A DNA stretch of 64,000 bases, from positions 117,320-181,319 of the forward strand of contig CAYNCP010000002.1 in the NCBI GenBank assembly GCA_964395905.1. The letters run 5' to 3'. This DNA is from an uncultured Ohtaekwangia sp. GTDB taxonomy: Bacteria > Bacteroidota > Bacteroidia > Cytophagales > Cyclobacteriaceae. A model generated the notes under the pieces. It ran no database searches, was not told the DNA's origin, and saw nothing but the letters and a program-made list of their open reading frames with translations. Every line of letters starts with the position of its first letter. Within the stretch, counting starts at the first letter, position 1. Below are positions 1 through 9,477 of this stretch, one piece after another. Both the position numbers and the translations under genes were made by a program.

Positions 1-1885
1 TGTTATTAAAGTCCTTTTTTGGAAATAGCACCCTTGGGGTTGAACTCCACATGGTATAAGGGTATACATCAGCCGTAATGTCAACACCGCTTAATCTTGC
101 TTGTTCCAGCCTGTTTAAAAGTTTTTGACCTGTACCCCACTTGCTGCGTAATGCAATTTTGAAATGAGCAATTTGAACAGGGATGTTTGCCTGCCTGCCT
201 ATTTCGATGATCTCCTCAATGGCTTCGTCAAGGTGAAGGTCTTCACTTCGCATGTGACTGATGTAACGACCACCTTTTGCGGCTGCTACTTTAGCCAGAC
301 TGACTACTTCTTCGGGTGTGCTATAAAACGCTGTTTCATACTCAAGGCCAGTACTCAATCCAAGAGAACCCTTGTCCAGTTCATGAGCCAGCAAAGCTTT
401 CATGGAATCAACTTCTGTTGCTGTTGCTTTGCGCCTTACATCTTCCAGGAATTGTTGGCGCAGCCATCCGTGGCCGGTATAGGTTGCCAGGTTAATGGCT
501 ACCGGCACCTTCTCCAGCCTGGATAAAATGGTATCAATGGGCACTGATCCGCCATCTTGCCCGACCACGATGGTGGTAATCCCCTGATTGGTGGCCGCGA
601 GTGCTGAGGGGTTTTGGGACAACTGCCAATCGTGGTGACTGTGCGTGTCTATAAAGCCGGGCGCCAGCATTTTGCCTTCACCATCTGTGACACTTTCGTT
701 AGGGAAGGCGGAGAGCTTTCCGATATCACGTATTCGGTTGTTGACGATGCGTACGCTGCCATCATATGCACCAAGGCCAGTGCCATCCATTACTTTCACA
801 TGGGTTATTAAGTGTGTTGAAGGCGGTGTATAAGGTTTCCCTTCCCATATGTTTTCTACAGCGGCCCTTGCATAAAAATTGGATGAATTGTCAAGCAGGA
901 TAACCGTTTGATTCTTCTCCAGGTAGCGTACGATGTAGGTTCCAAAGCCAACCCATCCGCCTGTATGTGAAATTTTCTTACCCGGTTCGTTGATGAACCA
1001 GCCGAAACCGTACTCGGTGTCACTTCCATCGTTGAGTTTTCCAGCGGTAATGGCTTCTGCAAACGTTGATTTTTTTATCAACTTTTCCGTGTAGAGTGCC
1101 TTATCCCATTTATACAAATCTTCGACAGAAGAGTACACATTGCCATCTCCTACAATGCCATCAAAGCGAAGCAAATCGTTGGGTATGGGCCTGCCACCTT
1201 CAAATTGCAATCCAAATACTCTTGAAGCGGGGTAGGACTTTAGCGTGAGATTATACACATATGTATTTGGAAGTTTTAATGGGCCGGCAATGGTTTGTTG
1301 AAAAAACTTGTCTGCCGAGGTTCCACTTATCTTTTCAATCACAGAGGCAAGGGTGGTGTAATTTGTGTTGCAGTATCTCCATTTTTCTCCAGGTTGAAAT
1401 TCCAGTGGAGGTTTTTTGACAGCAAGTAATTCCATTAAGGCTGGATTGGTAAGTGTGTCCAGCAGGTTCATATTCGCGTCTGCCATTTCAAAGTATTCCT
1501 GGAGTCCGGAGGTTTGATTCATCAAGTGCCGAATGGTGATGTTGCTGTAGGGAAAGCCTAGAATGTACTTTTGAACGGCCTCATCATAGTTTAACTTACC
1601 TTGCTCTTTAAGAATCATGATCATCATCGTATAAAACTGCTTCGAAACCGAAGCCAGGTTGAAAGCCGAGGTAGTGGTTAACGGTGCAAGAGTTTCTGCG
1701 TTGCATATTCCAAAAGCTTTTTTATAAAGTACTTTCCCTTTTTCCCCCAATAAGACAGTGCCATTGAAAAGTTGGCGCTGGTGCAAATAAGTAAGCACTG
1801 AATCGATACGTTCAATTTTGTCCTTATGCTGGGCAAACGAATTTGTACCCACTAGGACCAAGAGCAGGAGTATTGACTTTCTCAT
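1..1885 (-). CDS. Secreted fusion: beta-lactamase-family serine hydrolase (N-term) + N-acyl-D-amino-acid deacylase-like amidohydrolase (C-term); truncated by window edge, absent from ORF track
   Basis: Hand translation from ATG at 1885 (MRKSILLLLVLVGTNSFAQ, signal peptide) stays open to position 1. Motifs: FNLASVSK (SxxK), YCN (YxN), HTGGW; then PGFIDTHSHHD, GITTIVVGQDGGS, ISHMRSE, QIAHFK, ADVYPY. Confidence 0.88.
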   Translation of the reverse strand, partial: MRKSILLLLVLVGTNSFAQHKDKIERIDSVLTYLHQRQLFNGTVLLGEKGKVLYKKAFGICNAETLAPLTTTSAFNLASVSKQFYTMMIMILKEQGKLNYDEAVQKYILGFPYSNITIRHLMNQTSGLQEYFEMADANMNLLDTLTNPALMELLAVKKPPLEFQPGEKWRYCNTNYTTLASVIEKISGTSADKFFQQTIAGPLKLPNTYVYNLTLKSYPASRVFGLQFEGGRPIPNDLLRFDGIVGDGNVYSSVEDLYKWDKALYTEKLIKKSTFAEAITAGKLNDGSDTEYGFGWFINEPGKKISHTGGWVGFGTYIVRYLEKNQTVILLDNSSNFYARAAVENIWEGKPYTPPSTHLITHVKVMDGTGLGAYDGSVRIVNNRIRDIGKLSAFPNESVTDGEGKMLAPGFIDTHSHHDWQLSQNPSALAATNQGITTIVVGQDGGSVPIDTILSRLEKVPVAINLATYTGHGWLRQQFLEDVRRKATATEVDSMKALLAHELDKGSLGLSTGLEYETAFYSTPEEVVSLAKVAAAKGGRYISHMRSEDLHLDEAIEEIIEIGRQANIPVQIAHFKIALRSKWGTGQKLLNRLEQARLSGVDITADVYPYTMWSSTPRVLFPKKDFNN

Positions 1886-2079
1886 GATGTAAGGAGATTA
1901 AGCAATTAAGATACTGAAATTTATCAAAGTAAAATCTGCCTCCATGATTTTCCAATAATGAGGGAGTACAAGTCTTTATGGACCCTGTGGATGATGATCC
2001 GAAGCCTTATTAAGGATAATGAGTAAAAAAAATGCTCAGCAATGGTGCTGAGCATTTTCAATCTTTCAACGAAAATTAA

Positions 2080-4332
2080 TTATCCAAGCTTAATGTCTTC
2101 GCTCAGGAAGGGCTGGTTATAATATCGTTTGCCGGTGGCTTTATACAGCGCGTTGGCCAATGCTCCTATCACCGGAGGAAATGGGGGTTCTCCGAGGCCT
2201 GTCGGATCAATTCCGTTTTCAACAAAATGCACATCAACTGCCTTAGGCGCTTCGCTGTGGCGAATCAAACGGTATTTGTCGAAATTTTTTTGATCCGGAG
2301 CACCTTCAGTGAACGTTAATCCACTGAACATTGCATGACCAATGCCATCCACAGATCCCCCTTCGCATAAGTTGGTTGCTGCTACCGGGTTGACCACCAC
2401 GCCACAGTCAACCGCGCAGTGAATCTTTTGTACTCGCGGCTTGCCATTTTCCATGGCCAAATCCAACACATGAGCGACATAAGAGTTGTGACAGAAATAA
2501 GCAGCCACTCCGCGGTGCACACCAGGCATATCCTCGCCCCAGTTTGATTTGGTCTTTACCAATTCCAAAACGCCAGCATAGCGATCTGCCTCGTAATCAT
2601 TGTTCTCACCAACCGGATTTTTCATGGCCCGATCCAACAGTGCAAGTCTGAAGTCGATCGGATCTTTCCCAGCGGCTTCTGCTACTTCATCGAGGAAAGC
2701 TTGCTCAACCCCTGCAATGAAATTTGACCTAGGTGCCCTAAAAGCTCCAATGCTGATATTCGAAGGGATAGACCAATCCTCGGCCAGGTAATTGTCTACC
2801 GATCCCGCAGGAAAGCGATTGGCAAAAAGCGGACTTTCTGGAATTCCACCAGCCTTGACATGGAAAGCAATAAGGTTATTGTTTTCATCCAGGGCGGCTT
2901 TATAGGTGGCATGATATGCCGGACGGTAGGTTCCGAAAGTCATATCATCTTCACGCGTATAAATCAATTTGACTGGTGCGCCAACCTTTTGAGAAATGAC
3001 AGCGGCTTCCACGAGGAAATTTCCGTAAAGTCGTCTTCCAAAACCTCCGCCCATTCGGGTCATTTTGATGTCAACTTTTTCCAGAGGTAGTCCCAGTCTT
3101 GCTGCAACCGTTTTTTCCATATACTCCGGAGTTTGTATGGGTCCGACCAACTCTGCCTTATCACTTGTTACATCAGCAAAAAAGTTCATGGGCTCCATGG
3201 TGTTGTGCGCAAGGAAGGGAGCCGTGTAGGTACGTTCAATCACCTTGGCAGCATTCTTGAAGGCAGCTTCCGGATTGCCGTCTTTTCTTACCACCCGGGC
3301 AGGCTTAGTAGCATGCTCTTTCATTAGCTGAACGTGTTTGCTTGAGCTTTCCAAACCAGCAGGAACTTTAACTGAGGTTGTACCTCCCTGGAAGGTCGAC
3401 ATGGTAATATCATGGTCACCGAAAGGCTCCCATTCCAGTTGCAAGGCTTTGCGTGCATTCATTACTTCCCAGGTAGTGTTGCCCACCACGGCCACCATCT
3501 CCGTGAATGCACTGGTATCGCTCCATTGCCTGGCATAATCATCATTAAAAGTCTTGAAGGTGAAAACATCTTTAATTCCAGGCATGGTCCTGGCGTGCGA
3601 ATCGTCAACACTCTTCAACTTCAATCCAAATGCCGGGGGATGGGCGATCATCGCAATTAACATTCCCTCTTTTCGGTAGTCTAAACCAAACAAAGGTTGA
3701 CCGGTAACAATCTTTTTGCCATCCACATTTTTCTTGGAGGTGCCTATTATTTTAAAATCCTTTGGATCTTTTAGTTCTACCTCTTTGGGAACCTCAAGTT
3801 TGGCTGCGGCCGATGCCATCTCACCAAAGCCTGCTGACTTGCCACTGGACTTATGATGAAGCATACCGGCCTCAGTGGTAATTTCACTCGCTGGAACCTG
3901 CCAGGCAGCAGCTGCAGCTTCGCGCAGCATGCTTCGTGCCGTAGCGCCTGCCATACGCAGTCCTTTCCAACCCTGGCGTATAGATTGACTGCCGCCAGCC
4001 AATTGCCGAGTAAAGATATCAGTGTTAAGCGGAGCTTGTTCTACAATTACATTCCTCCAATCCACATCCAGTTCTTCCGCCACAATCATTGGCATGGAAG
4101 TCTTTACGTTCTGTCCAATTTCAGGATTGGGTGACATGATAGTAACTACACCGTTGTCTCCAACTTTAAGATAGCCATTCAACTCAAACCATTCTTTCGG
4201 CATAGCAAGGGCATCTTCCGGATTGGATTGGCAGGAACCCAACCAACTGAAGCTAAGCATCAGGCCACCACTCGCGAGTGCTGATGTTTTCAAAAAAGTT
4301 CTTCTTCCTATCGATGTTTTTATAAGTGTCAT
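2080..4332 (-). CDS. Xanthine dehydrogenase family molybdopterin-binding subunit (isoquinoline 1-oxidoreductase beta-like)
   Basis: Twin-arginine leader RRTFLK; EIGQNVKTSMPMIVAEEL, GGGFGRR, GAFRAP and GLGEPP motifs; paired with a 2Fe-2S subunit. Confidence 0.9.
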   Translation of the reverse strand: MTLIKTSIGRRTFLKTSALASGGLMLSFSWLGSCQSNPEDALAMPKEWFELNGYLKVGDNGVVTIMSPNPEIGQNVKTSMPMIVAEELDVDWRNVIVEQAPLNTDIFTRQLAGGSQSIRQGWKGLRMAGATARSMLREAAAAAWQVPASEITTEAGMLHHKSSGKSAGFGEMASAAAKLEVPKEVELKDPKDFKIIGTSKKNVDGKKIVTGQPLFGLDYRKEGMLIAMIAHPPAFGLKLKSVDDSHARTMPGIKDVFTFKTFNDDYARQWSDTSAFTEMVAVVGNTTWEVMNARKALQLEWEPFGDHDITMSTFQGGTTSVKVPAGLESSSKHVQLMKEHATKPARVVRKDGNPEAAFKNAAKVIERTYTAPFLAHNTMEPMNFFADVTSDKAELVGPIQTPEYMEKTVAARLGLPLEKVDIKMTRMGGGFGRRLYGNFLVEAAVISQKVGAPVKLIYTREDDMTFGTYRPAYHATYKAALDENNNLIAFHVKAGGIPESPLFANRFPAGSVDNYLAEDWSIPSNISIGAFRAPRSNFIAGVEQAFLDEVAEAAGKDPIDFRLALLDRAMKNPVGENNDYEADRYAGVLELVKTKSNWGEDMPGVHRGVAAYFCHNSYVAHVLDLAMENGKPRVQKIHCAVDCGVVVNPVAATNLCEGGSVDGIGHAMFSGLTFTEGAPDQKNFDKYRLIRHSEAPKAVDVHFVENGIDPTGLGEPPFPPVIGALANALYKATGKRYYNQPFLSEDIKLG

Positions 4333-4344
4333 AATCTTGGATGT

Positions 4345-4800
4345 CTATAAGGTTGACGCTGTTTTAATAGCTTGCTTGATTCTAACATAAGTACCGCAAC
4401 GACAGATGTTGCCATTCATGGCGGCTTCAATCTCCTCGTCACTTGGACTTGGATTGGATTTAAGCAGCGCAGCAGCGCTCATGATTTGTCCTGCCTGACA
4501 GTAACCGCATTGAGGAACGTCTTGCTCCAACCATGCTTTTTGAACGGGATGATCTCCGCTTTCGGACAACCCTTCAATGGTGGTAATTTCCTGCCCTGCG
4601 GCTGAAGTAACCGGTAACACGCATGAACGGGTGGCCACACCATTCACATGAATAGTGCAAGCACCGCACATGGCTACACCGCAACCGAACTTGGTGCCTT
4701 GTAGATCCAGGTGATCGCGCAGCACCCATAGCATTGGAGTGGTAGGATCAACGTCTACTTCTTGCTTTTTGCCGTTAATGTTAAGATTGAAAATGGCCAT
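4345..4800 (-). CDS. (2Fe-2S)-binding small subunit (isoquinoline 1-oxidoreductase alpha-like)
   Basis: [21 protein letters not shown] and NICRCG cysteine motifs. Confidence 0.93.
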   Translation of the reverse strand: MAIFNLNINGKKQEVDVDPTTPMLWVLRDHLDLQGTKFGCGVAMCGACTIHVNGVATRSCVLPVTSAAGQEITTIEGLSESGDHPVQKAWLEQDVPQCGYCQAGQIMSAAALLKSNPSPSDEEIEAAMNGNICRCGTYVRIKQAIKTASTL

Positions 4801-4978
4801 GATGGTCTTGATTTTAAATGATTGAATTTATCCCGCTGAATTAAGTTAGGAAGGTAATAAATTCTGGTGGATAATAATTGCAAAATTCAATCAATGGATC
4901 ATGCAGACAGGCTAATTATCCGTATTTCTCGATCAATACTAATGCAGACGGTAAAGTTGCGCATCCAAATGTATCGGT

Positions 4979-6649
4979 CTATTCCCTTTTGTACACCAAT
5001 TTGCCCCCGACAAAAGTTTGCATAATTTTTGCGTCTTTGATTTTTGCAGGGTCCATCTTAATCAGGTCCTGATCTATGATTACAAAATCTGCCAGCTTTC
5101 CAGGTTCCAAAGTTCCCTTGATATTTTCATCAAACGATGCAAAGGCAGCATTCACGGTGTAGGCAGTCAAGGCCTGCTCAACAGAAATTTTTTGTTCGGG
5201 CACCCAGCCATTCGGATTTTGATCATCTAAAGTCTTTCGGGTAACGGCAGCATATATTCCCATCAAGGGAATAGGAGGCGCCACGAACCAGTCGCTTCCA
5301 AATGCGACTTTTGCACGGGCGTCAAACAACGATTTGAAGGCATACGTAGTTTTAATTCGATCGGCTCCAATCACTTTTTCTGCCCAGCGACCATCATCAA
5401 TAGCATGATAAGGTTGCATACTGGCGATAACACCAAGTTTAGCAAACCTGGCTATGTCATTGGGTGCAATGTGTTGGGCGTGTTCAATTCTGAATCTTCT
5501 GTCTTTAACTCCATTTTCATTCCCCACTTTTTCATAAATATTTAATAATGTATTGATGGCCCTGTCACCAATGGCATGCACCATCAATTGCAAGCCTGCG
5601 CTATCGGCACTCGATATCCAGTTGTATAAATCGCCTTCACTGTTCACAAAAAAACCACTGTCTTTGGGTGCATCTGTGAAAGGCTTGAAAAAGGCTGCCG
5701 TATGTGAACCTAGTGATCCATCCACAAATCCTTTGAGTCCACCAATCTTTAGCCATTTGTTTCCTTTGCCATCACTTTTTATTTTTTGTGCAAGGGCAGG
5801 CCATTGATTGAGGGGCATCATGGCATAAATCCGTGTGATCAAGGTGTTGTTGTCTCGGGCACGTTCCAGACCATCCAGGTATCCCGCCATGTGATGAACA
5901 GAAGTGACACCGTGAGAAGCAACGTAGTTCATGGCCGTGGCCAGGGCTTTGTCTATCTGTTGGTTTGTCGGAGGAGGAACTTTCTCAAAAATCATATCCA
6001 TGGCGTTGTCTTTAAACACTCCTGTCAATTCGCCTTTGTTATTTCGAACAATGGTTCCCCCTTTTACATCGCGCACAGATTTTGATATACCTGCCGCTTT
6101 CAATGCGGCAGAGTTTGCCAGGGACATATGACCATCCAGGCGGGTTACCCATACGGGATGATCCGCTGTAAATTGATCAATCCATTCCTTAGTGGGCAGT
6201 TCTCCGCCCCAATTCTCGTGATCCCAGTCACCACCCAAAATCCAGGTGCCCGCGGGCACCGTTGCCGCAAACTCTTTGATTCGCAATGAGAATTCCTCCG
6301 GTGTTTTCGCATCCCTGAGTTGAACCGATGAGAGATTGAAGCCTCCTGTCAGGAAATGAACGTGACTATCAATGAAACCGGGCGTGATAAATTGACCCCT
6401 GGCGTCAATCAATTTGGTTTGCTCTGACTTATACTTTTGGATTTCGTCATTGGAGCCAACTGCAATAATGGTATCACCCGCAACAGCCAATGCCTCAGCA
6501 TAGGGTTGCTTTTCATTGCCTGTCCAAATGGTGGCATTCGAAATGATTAGCTCTGCCCTTGTCAATTCTTGTTGGCAGGACAAAAAAGATAGCAGAATAG
6601 CTGCGCTTGCAAGACAAGTCTTCCAATTGAAATTATGAAATATTGGCAT
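4979..6649 (-). CDS. Amidohydrolase (YtcJ-like, Amidohydro_3), probable lipoprotein
   Basis: PGFIDSHVH, HAIGDRA, RIEHAQ, FGSDW and GKLADFV motifs; lipobox SFLSC. Confidence 0.88.
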   Translation of the reverse strand: MPIFHNFNWKTCLASAAILLSFLSCQQELTRAELIISNATIWTGNEKQPYAEALAVAGDTIIAVGSNDEIQKYKSEQTKLIDARGQFITPGFIDSHVHFLTGGFNLSSVQLRDAKTPEEFSLRIKEFAATVPAGTWILGGDWDHENWGGELPTKEWIDQFTADHPVWVTRLDGHMSLANSAALKAAGISKSVRDVKGGTIVRNNKGELTGVFKDNAMDMIFEKVPPPTNQQIDKALATAMNYVASHGVTSVHHMAGYLDGLERARDNNTLITRIYAMMPLNQWPALAQKIKSDGKGNKWLKIGGLKGFVDGSLGSHTAAFFKPFTDAPKDSGFFVNSEGDLYNWISSADSAGLQLMVHAIGDRAINTLLNIYEKVGNENGVKDRRFRIEHAQHIAPNDIARFAKLGVIASMQPYHAIDDGRWAEKVIGADRIKTTYAFKSLFDARAKVAFGSDWFVAPPIPLMGIYAAVTRKTLDDQNPNGWVPEQKISVEQALTAYTVNAAFASFDENIKGTLEPGKLADFVIIDQDLIKMDPAKIKDAKIMQTFVGGKLVYKRE

Positions 6650-6803
6650 GGATTATTTTTATTAAGGATTGTCCAATTTCGATCATTTTAAGTTGAACTG
6701 AATTTATTCAGGCATTTTTTTTATAAAAATGGGTCTTCAAATTATGGATATTTCAACTAAATTGATATTCTCAAATCAAAGGTGGCCATAATTAACAAAC
6801 GCT

Positions 6804-7241
6804 ATGAATTTTACTGAAATAATTAATCTGTTCCGACAAGGAAAGGCTGGTGCTAAAAGCCACATGAAAAACCTCATTGAAATGGCGGCTGTGGATGGTC
6901 ATTTTGAGGCGGTTGAGTATGATCTCCTCAAAGCAATCGCCAAAAGAAACGGAATCTCTGAAGGTCAATTAAAATCGATTCAATCCAATCCGGAAAAAGT
7001 TAAATTTGAGGTGCCTGCTGATGAAAAGGAAAGATTCTATCAATTGTATGATCTGGTTCACATGATGTCCATTGACAACGACATTCATTCAGAAGAGACC
7101 AAACTGTGCAATCTGTTTGCCATCAAATTTGGGTATCCAAAAGATAAAGTGAATGATCTGGTGGAGGCCATTCAAGGCAATATCACTCACGGCCAAAATC
7201 ATCAGGAAACAATGACTCGTGTTACCATGATGCTGAATTGA
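6804..7241 (+). CDS. TerB-family (tellurite-resistance-like) helical protein
   Basis: NLIEMAAVDG..E..LL and LVHMMSIDNDIHSEE repeated half-motifs typical of the TerB fold. Confidence 0.75.
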   Translation: MNFTEIINLFRQGKAGAKSHMKNLIEMAAVDGHFEAVEYDLLKAIAKRNGISEGQLKSIQSNPEKVKFEVPADEKERFYQLYDLVHMMSIDNDIHSEETKLCNLFAIKFGYPKDKVNDLVEAIQGNITHGQNHQETMTRVTMMLN

Positions 7242-7377
7242 GGCACTCATTGTGCTCCTTCAAAGAAGTAAGCTTCCTGTTTTTTTTCAATAGACTATAT
7301 TAATATTAGCTGCCGCGGTATCATTTTTTATGATGACGGACTCAGTAGATGCATGGTAATTGTTATACTTTAGTGAA

Positions 7378-8691
7378 ATGAGAAAGATGGCATTGCTTTG
7401 TGTGTTGACGGTCACCCTGTCAGGTGCAGTTGCTCAATTTAAAAACATCAAGTTAGCTGAGCAGAAGAATGATGGTCGTCCTATGGTGGAACCTAGTATA
7501 GTTGTTAATCAAAAAGACGAGAAGAATATTATTGCGGCTTACAGTTTAGACCGCATCAATTACACTTTTGATAGCGGTGAAACCTGGAAAGAGACAACGG
7601 TGACTTCACCCTATGGTGTATATGGGGATGTGGTTTTGGAATCGGATAAAAAAGGCAATGTTTATTTTATGCATCTGTCGGATCCAAGTGGCGAAGGACG
7701 AAGTAATGAAGCTTGGCTGGACAGAATTGTTTGTCATTTGTCTTCTGATGGTGGGAAAAGCTGGGATGAAGGCCATTCTATTGGTCACAACCCACCAAAG
7801 GATCAGGACAAGCCCTGGGTGGCCATTCATCCGAGAAAAGGAACTTTAGTAGCCACTTGGACACAATTTGATCAATACGGACTTGACGATCCTGCCTGTC
7901 AATCCAGCATTTTATTCAGCAGTTCCTCCAATGGGAAGAAATGGAGTAATCCATATCAGCTGAATCAAAATCCTGGCGATTGCATCGATGGCGACAATAC
8001 CACAGAAGGTGCTGTACCTGCAATAGGATATGATGGTAAAATATTTGTGACATGGTCCAATGCCGGCACCATTTACCTGGATCGATCTTATGATAATGGA
8101 AGCACCTGGTTGCGCAATGATATTCCCATTGCCAAACAACATGGCGGCTGGGATATGGATATTCCGGGATTACGCAGATGTAATGGAATGCCGGTATTGA
8201 AAATTGACAATAGCACAGGCAAAAACAGCGGAACACTTTTTGTTTTGTGGGCCGATCAAAAGAATGGCGAGGAAAATACTGACATTTGGTTAATACGGTC
8301 GCCCAATCATGGCGACAATTGGACTGCACCTTATAAACTCAACCAGGACACAACCTCCAGACATCAGTTTTTGCCATGGATGACGATTGATCAGTCTAAC
8401 GGATATATTTATATAGTGTATTACGACAGGAGGAACTATGATGACAATCGAACCGATGTTTACATGGCTTACTCTGCAGACGGATATTCTTTTCAGGAAA
8501 TAAGAATCAGTGAAACGCCATTTGTTCCGACTGCAGATACCTTTTTTGGTGACTATACCAATATTTCTGCTCACAATGGGATAATCGCGCCTATTTGGGC
8601 CAGGATGGATGACGGCAAAACCAGCATTTGGACCACCATCATCAAACAAGAGGATCTCTTTAAGCCAACTGAGCCCGCCAAGAAGAAATAG
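7378..8691 (+). CDS. Secreted BNR/Asp-box beta-propeller (sialidase-like family) protein
   Basis: Signal peptide from ATG 7378; Asp-boxes TFDSGETW, SSDGGKSW, SYDNGSTW, SPNHGDNW; C-terminal GDY motif. Confidence 0.75.
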   Translation: MRKMALLCVLTVTLSGAVAQFKNIKLAEQKNDGRPMVEPSIVVNQKDEKNIIAAYSLDRINYTFDSGETWKETTVTSPYGVYGDVVLESDKKGNVYFMHLSDPSGEGRSNEAWLDRIVCHLSSDGGKSWDEGHSIGHNPPKDQDKPWVAIHPRKGTLVATWTQFDQYGLDDPACQSSILFSSSSNGKKWSNPYQLNQNPGDCIDGDNTTEGAVPAIGYDGKIFVTWSNAGTIYLDRSYDNGSTWLRNDIPIAKQHGGWDMDIPGLRRCNGMPVLKIDNSTGKNSGTLFVLWADQKNGEENTDIWLIRSPNHGDNWTAPYKLNQDTTSRHQFLPWMTIDQSNGYIYIVYYDRRNYDDNRTDVYMAYSADGYSFQEIRISETPFVPTADTFFGDYTNISAHNGIIAPIWARMDDGKTSIWTTIIKQEDLFKPTEPAKKK

Positions 8692-8694
8692 TTT

Positions 8695-9345
8695 CTATTC
8701 AGCCGGAACCTTGCCGGCTATATCTCTGAAAGCGCGAACGAAGTTTTCTGCCATTTGCGCTCCTGAAATTCCAAACTTATGGTTGACTATATAAAATGGA
8801 ACGCCAGTGATGCCACGCTGGCGATTGAGTTCTTGCAGATACGCTACTTCAACCATTCCCTCATCAGTATCCAATAAGTTTTTCACTTTAATTGGGTCCA
8901 AACCAGCTGCCACTGTGATATGGATTAGATTTTTGGATTGGGTCAGATCAATGCCGTCCTCAAAATAGGCTTTGAGCAAAGCTTCTTTTACGGCTGCCTG
9001 GCAACCCTCAGTCTTGGCGAGCCAAATGAGGCGGTGGGAGTCTTTGGTATTGGGAGACTTGGTTTGCTTTTGGTAATTAAACATTAGCCCTTCGGTGGCA
9101 GCCACTTTTGTAACATTATCAGTCAGCTCTTTATAGCGGGCTGCTCCACCAAACTTGGCAGTCAAGTAGGCTGCTTGATTTTTTCCTTCTTTGGGCATAC
9201 CGGGATTTAGTTCGAAAGGCAAATAGTTAATTTCAAATTCAAACTCATCCCTCAAGGAGGCCACCGCTTTCTCTAGTCGTCTTTTTCCGATATAGCACCA
9301 GGGGCAAACTATATCCGAAACCACATCAACCATGATCTTTTCCAT
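8695..9345 (-). CDS. DsbA-family oxidoreductase (FrnE-like)
   Basis: VSDIVCPWCYIGKRRL and GITGVPFY motifs. Confidence 0.9.
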   Translation of the reverse strand: MEKIMVDVVSDIVCPWCYIGKRRLEKAVASLRDEFEFEINYLPFELNPGMPKEGKNQAAYLTAKFGGAARYKELTDNVTKVAATEGLMFNYQKQTKSPNTKDSHRLIWLAKTEGCQAAVKEALLKAYFEDGIDLTQSKNLIHITVAAGLDPIKVKNLLDTDEGMVEVAYLQELNRQRGITGVPFYIVNHKFGISGAQMAENFVRAFRDIAGKVPAE

Positions 9346-9477
9346 TCTTTATTATTTGATGAATAGCCAACAGCAATAGTGCTCTCAATAGTTCACCGTT
9401 CCTGGTTGGATGGTATTTATTAACCTTTATTGTATTTTTGTGTTTTCATATTGAAAACAGCATAATTAAAGCATACC

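Noticed and set aside
187-200. GCCTGCCTGCCT resembling the palindromic element near the tRNA
   Set aside because: It is coding sequence (I-G-R-Q-A on the minus strand) and lacks the GGCAGG half.
164-1248. Short ORFs in the track at 164-526, 614-811, 645-833, 856-1062 and 1066-1248
   Set aside because: All overlap the long minus-strand hydrolase fusion (antisense or off-frame) and have no recognisable motifs.
9346-9477. Possible SAH/SAM riboswitch upstream of ahcY
   Set aside because: The region is short and AT-rich, shared with the divergent gene, and I see no conserved riboswitch core; only a TATTTTTG promoter-like element. An Rfam scan would settle it.
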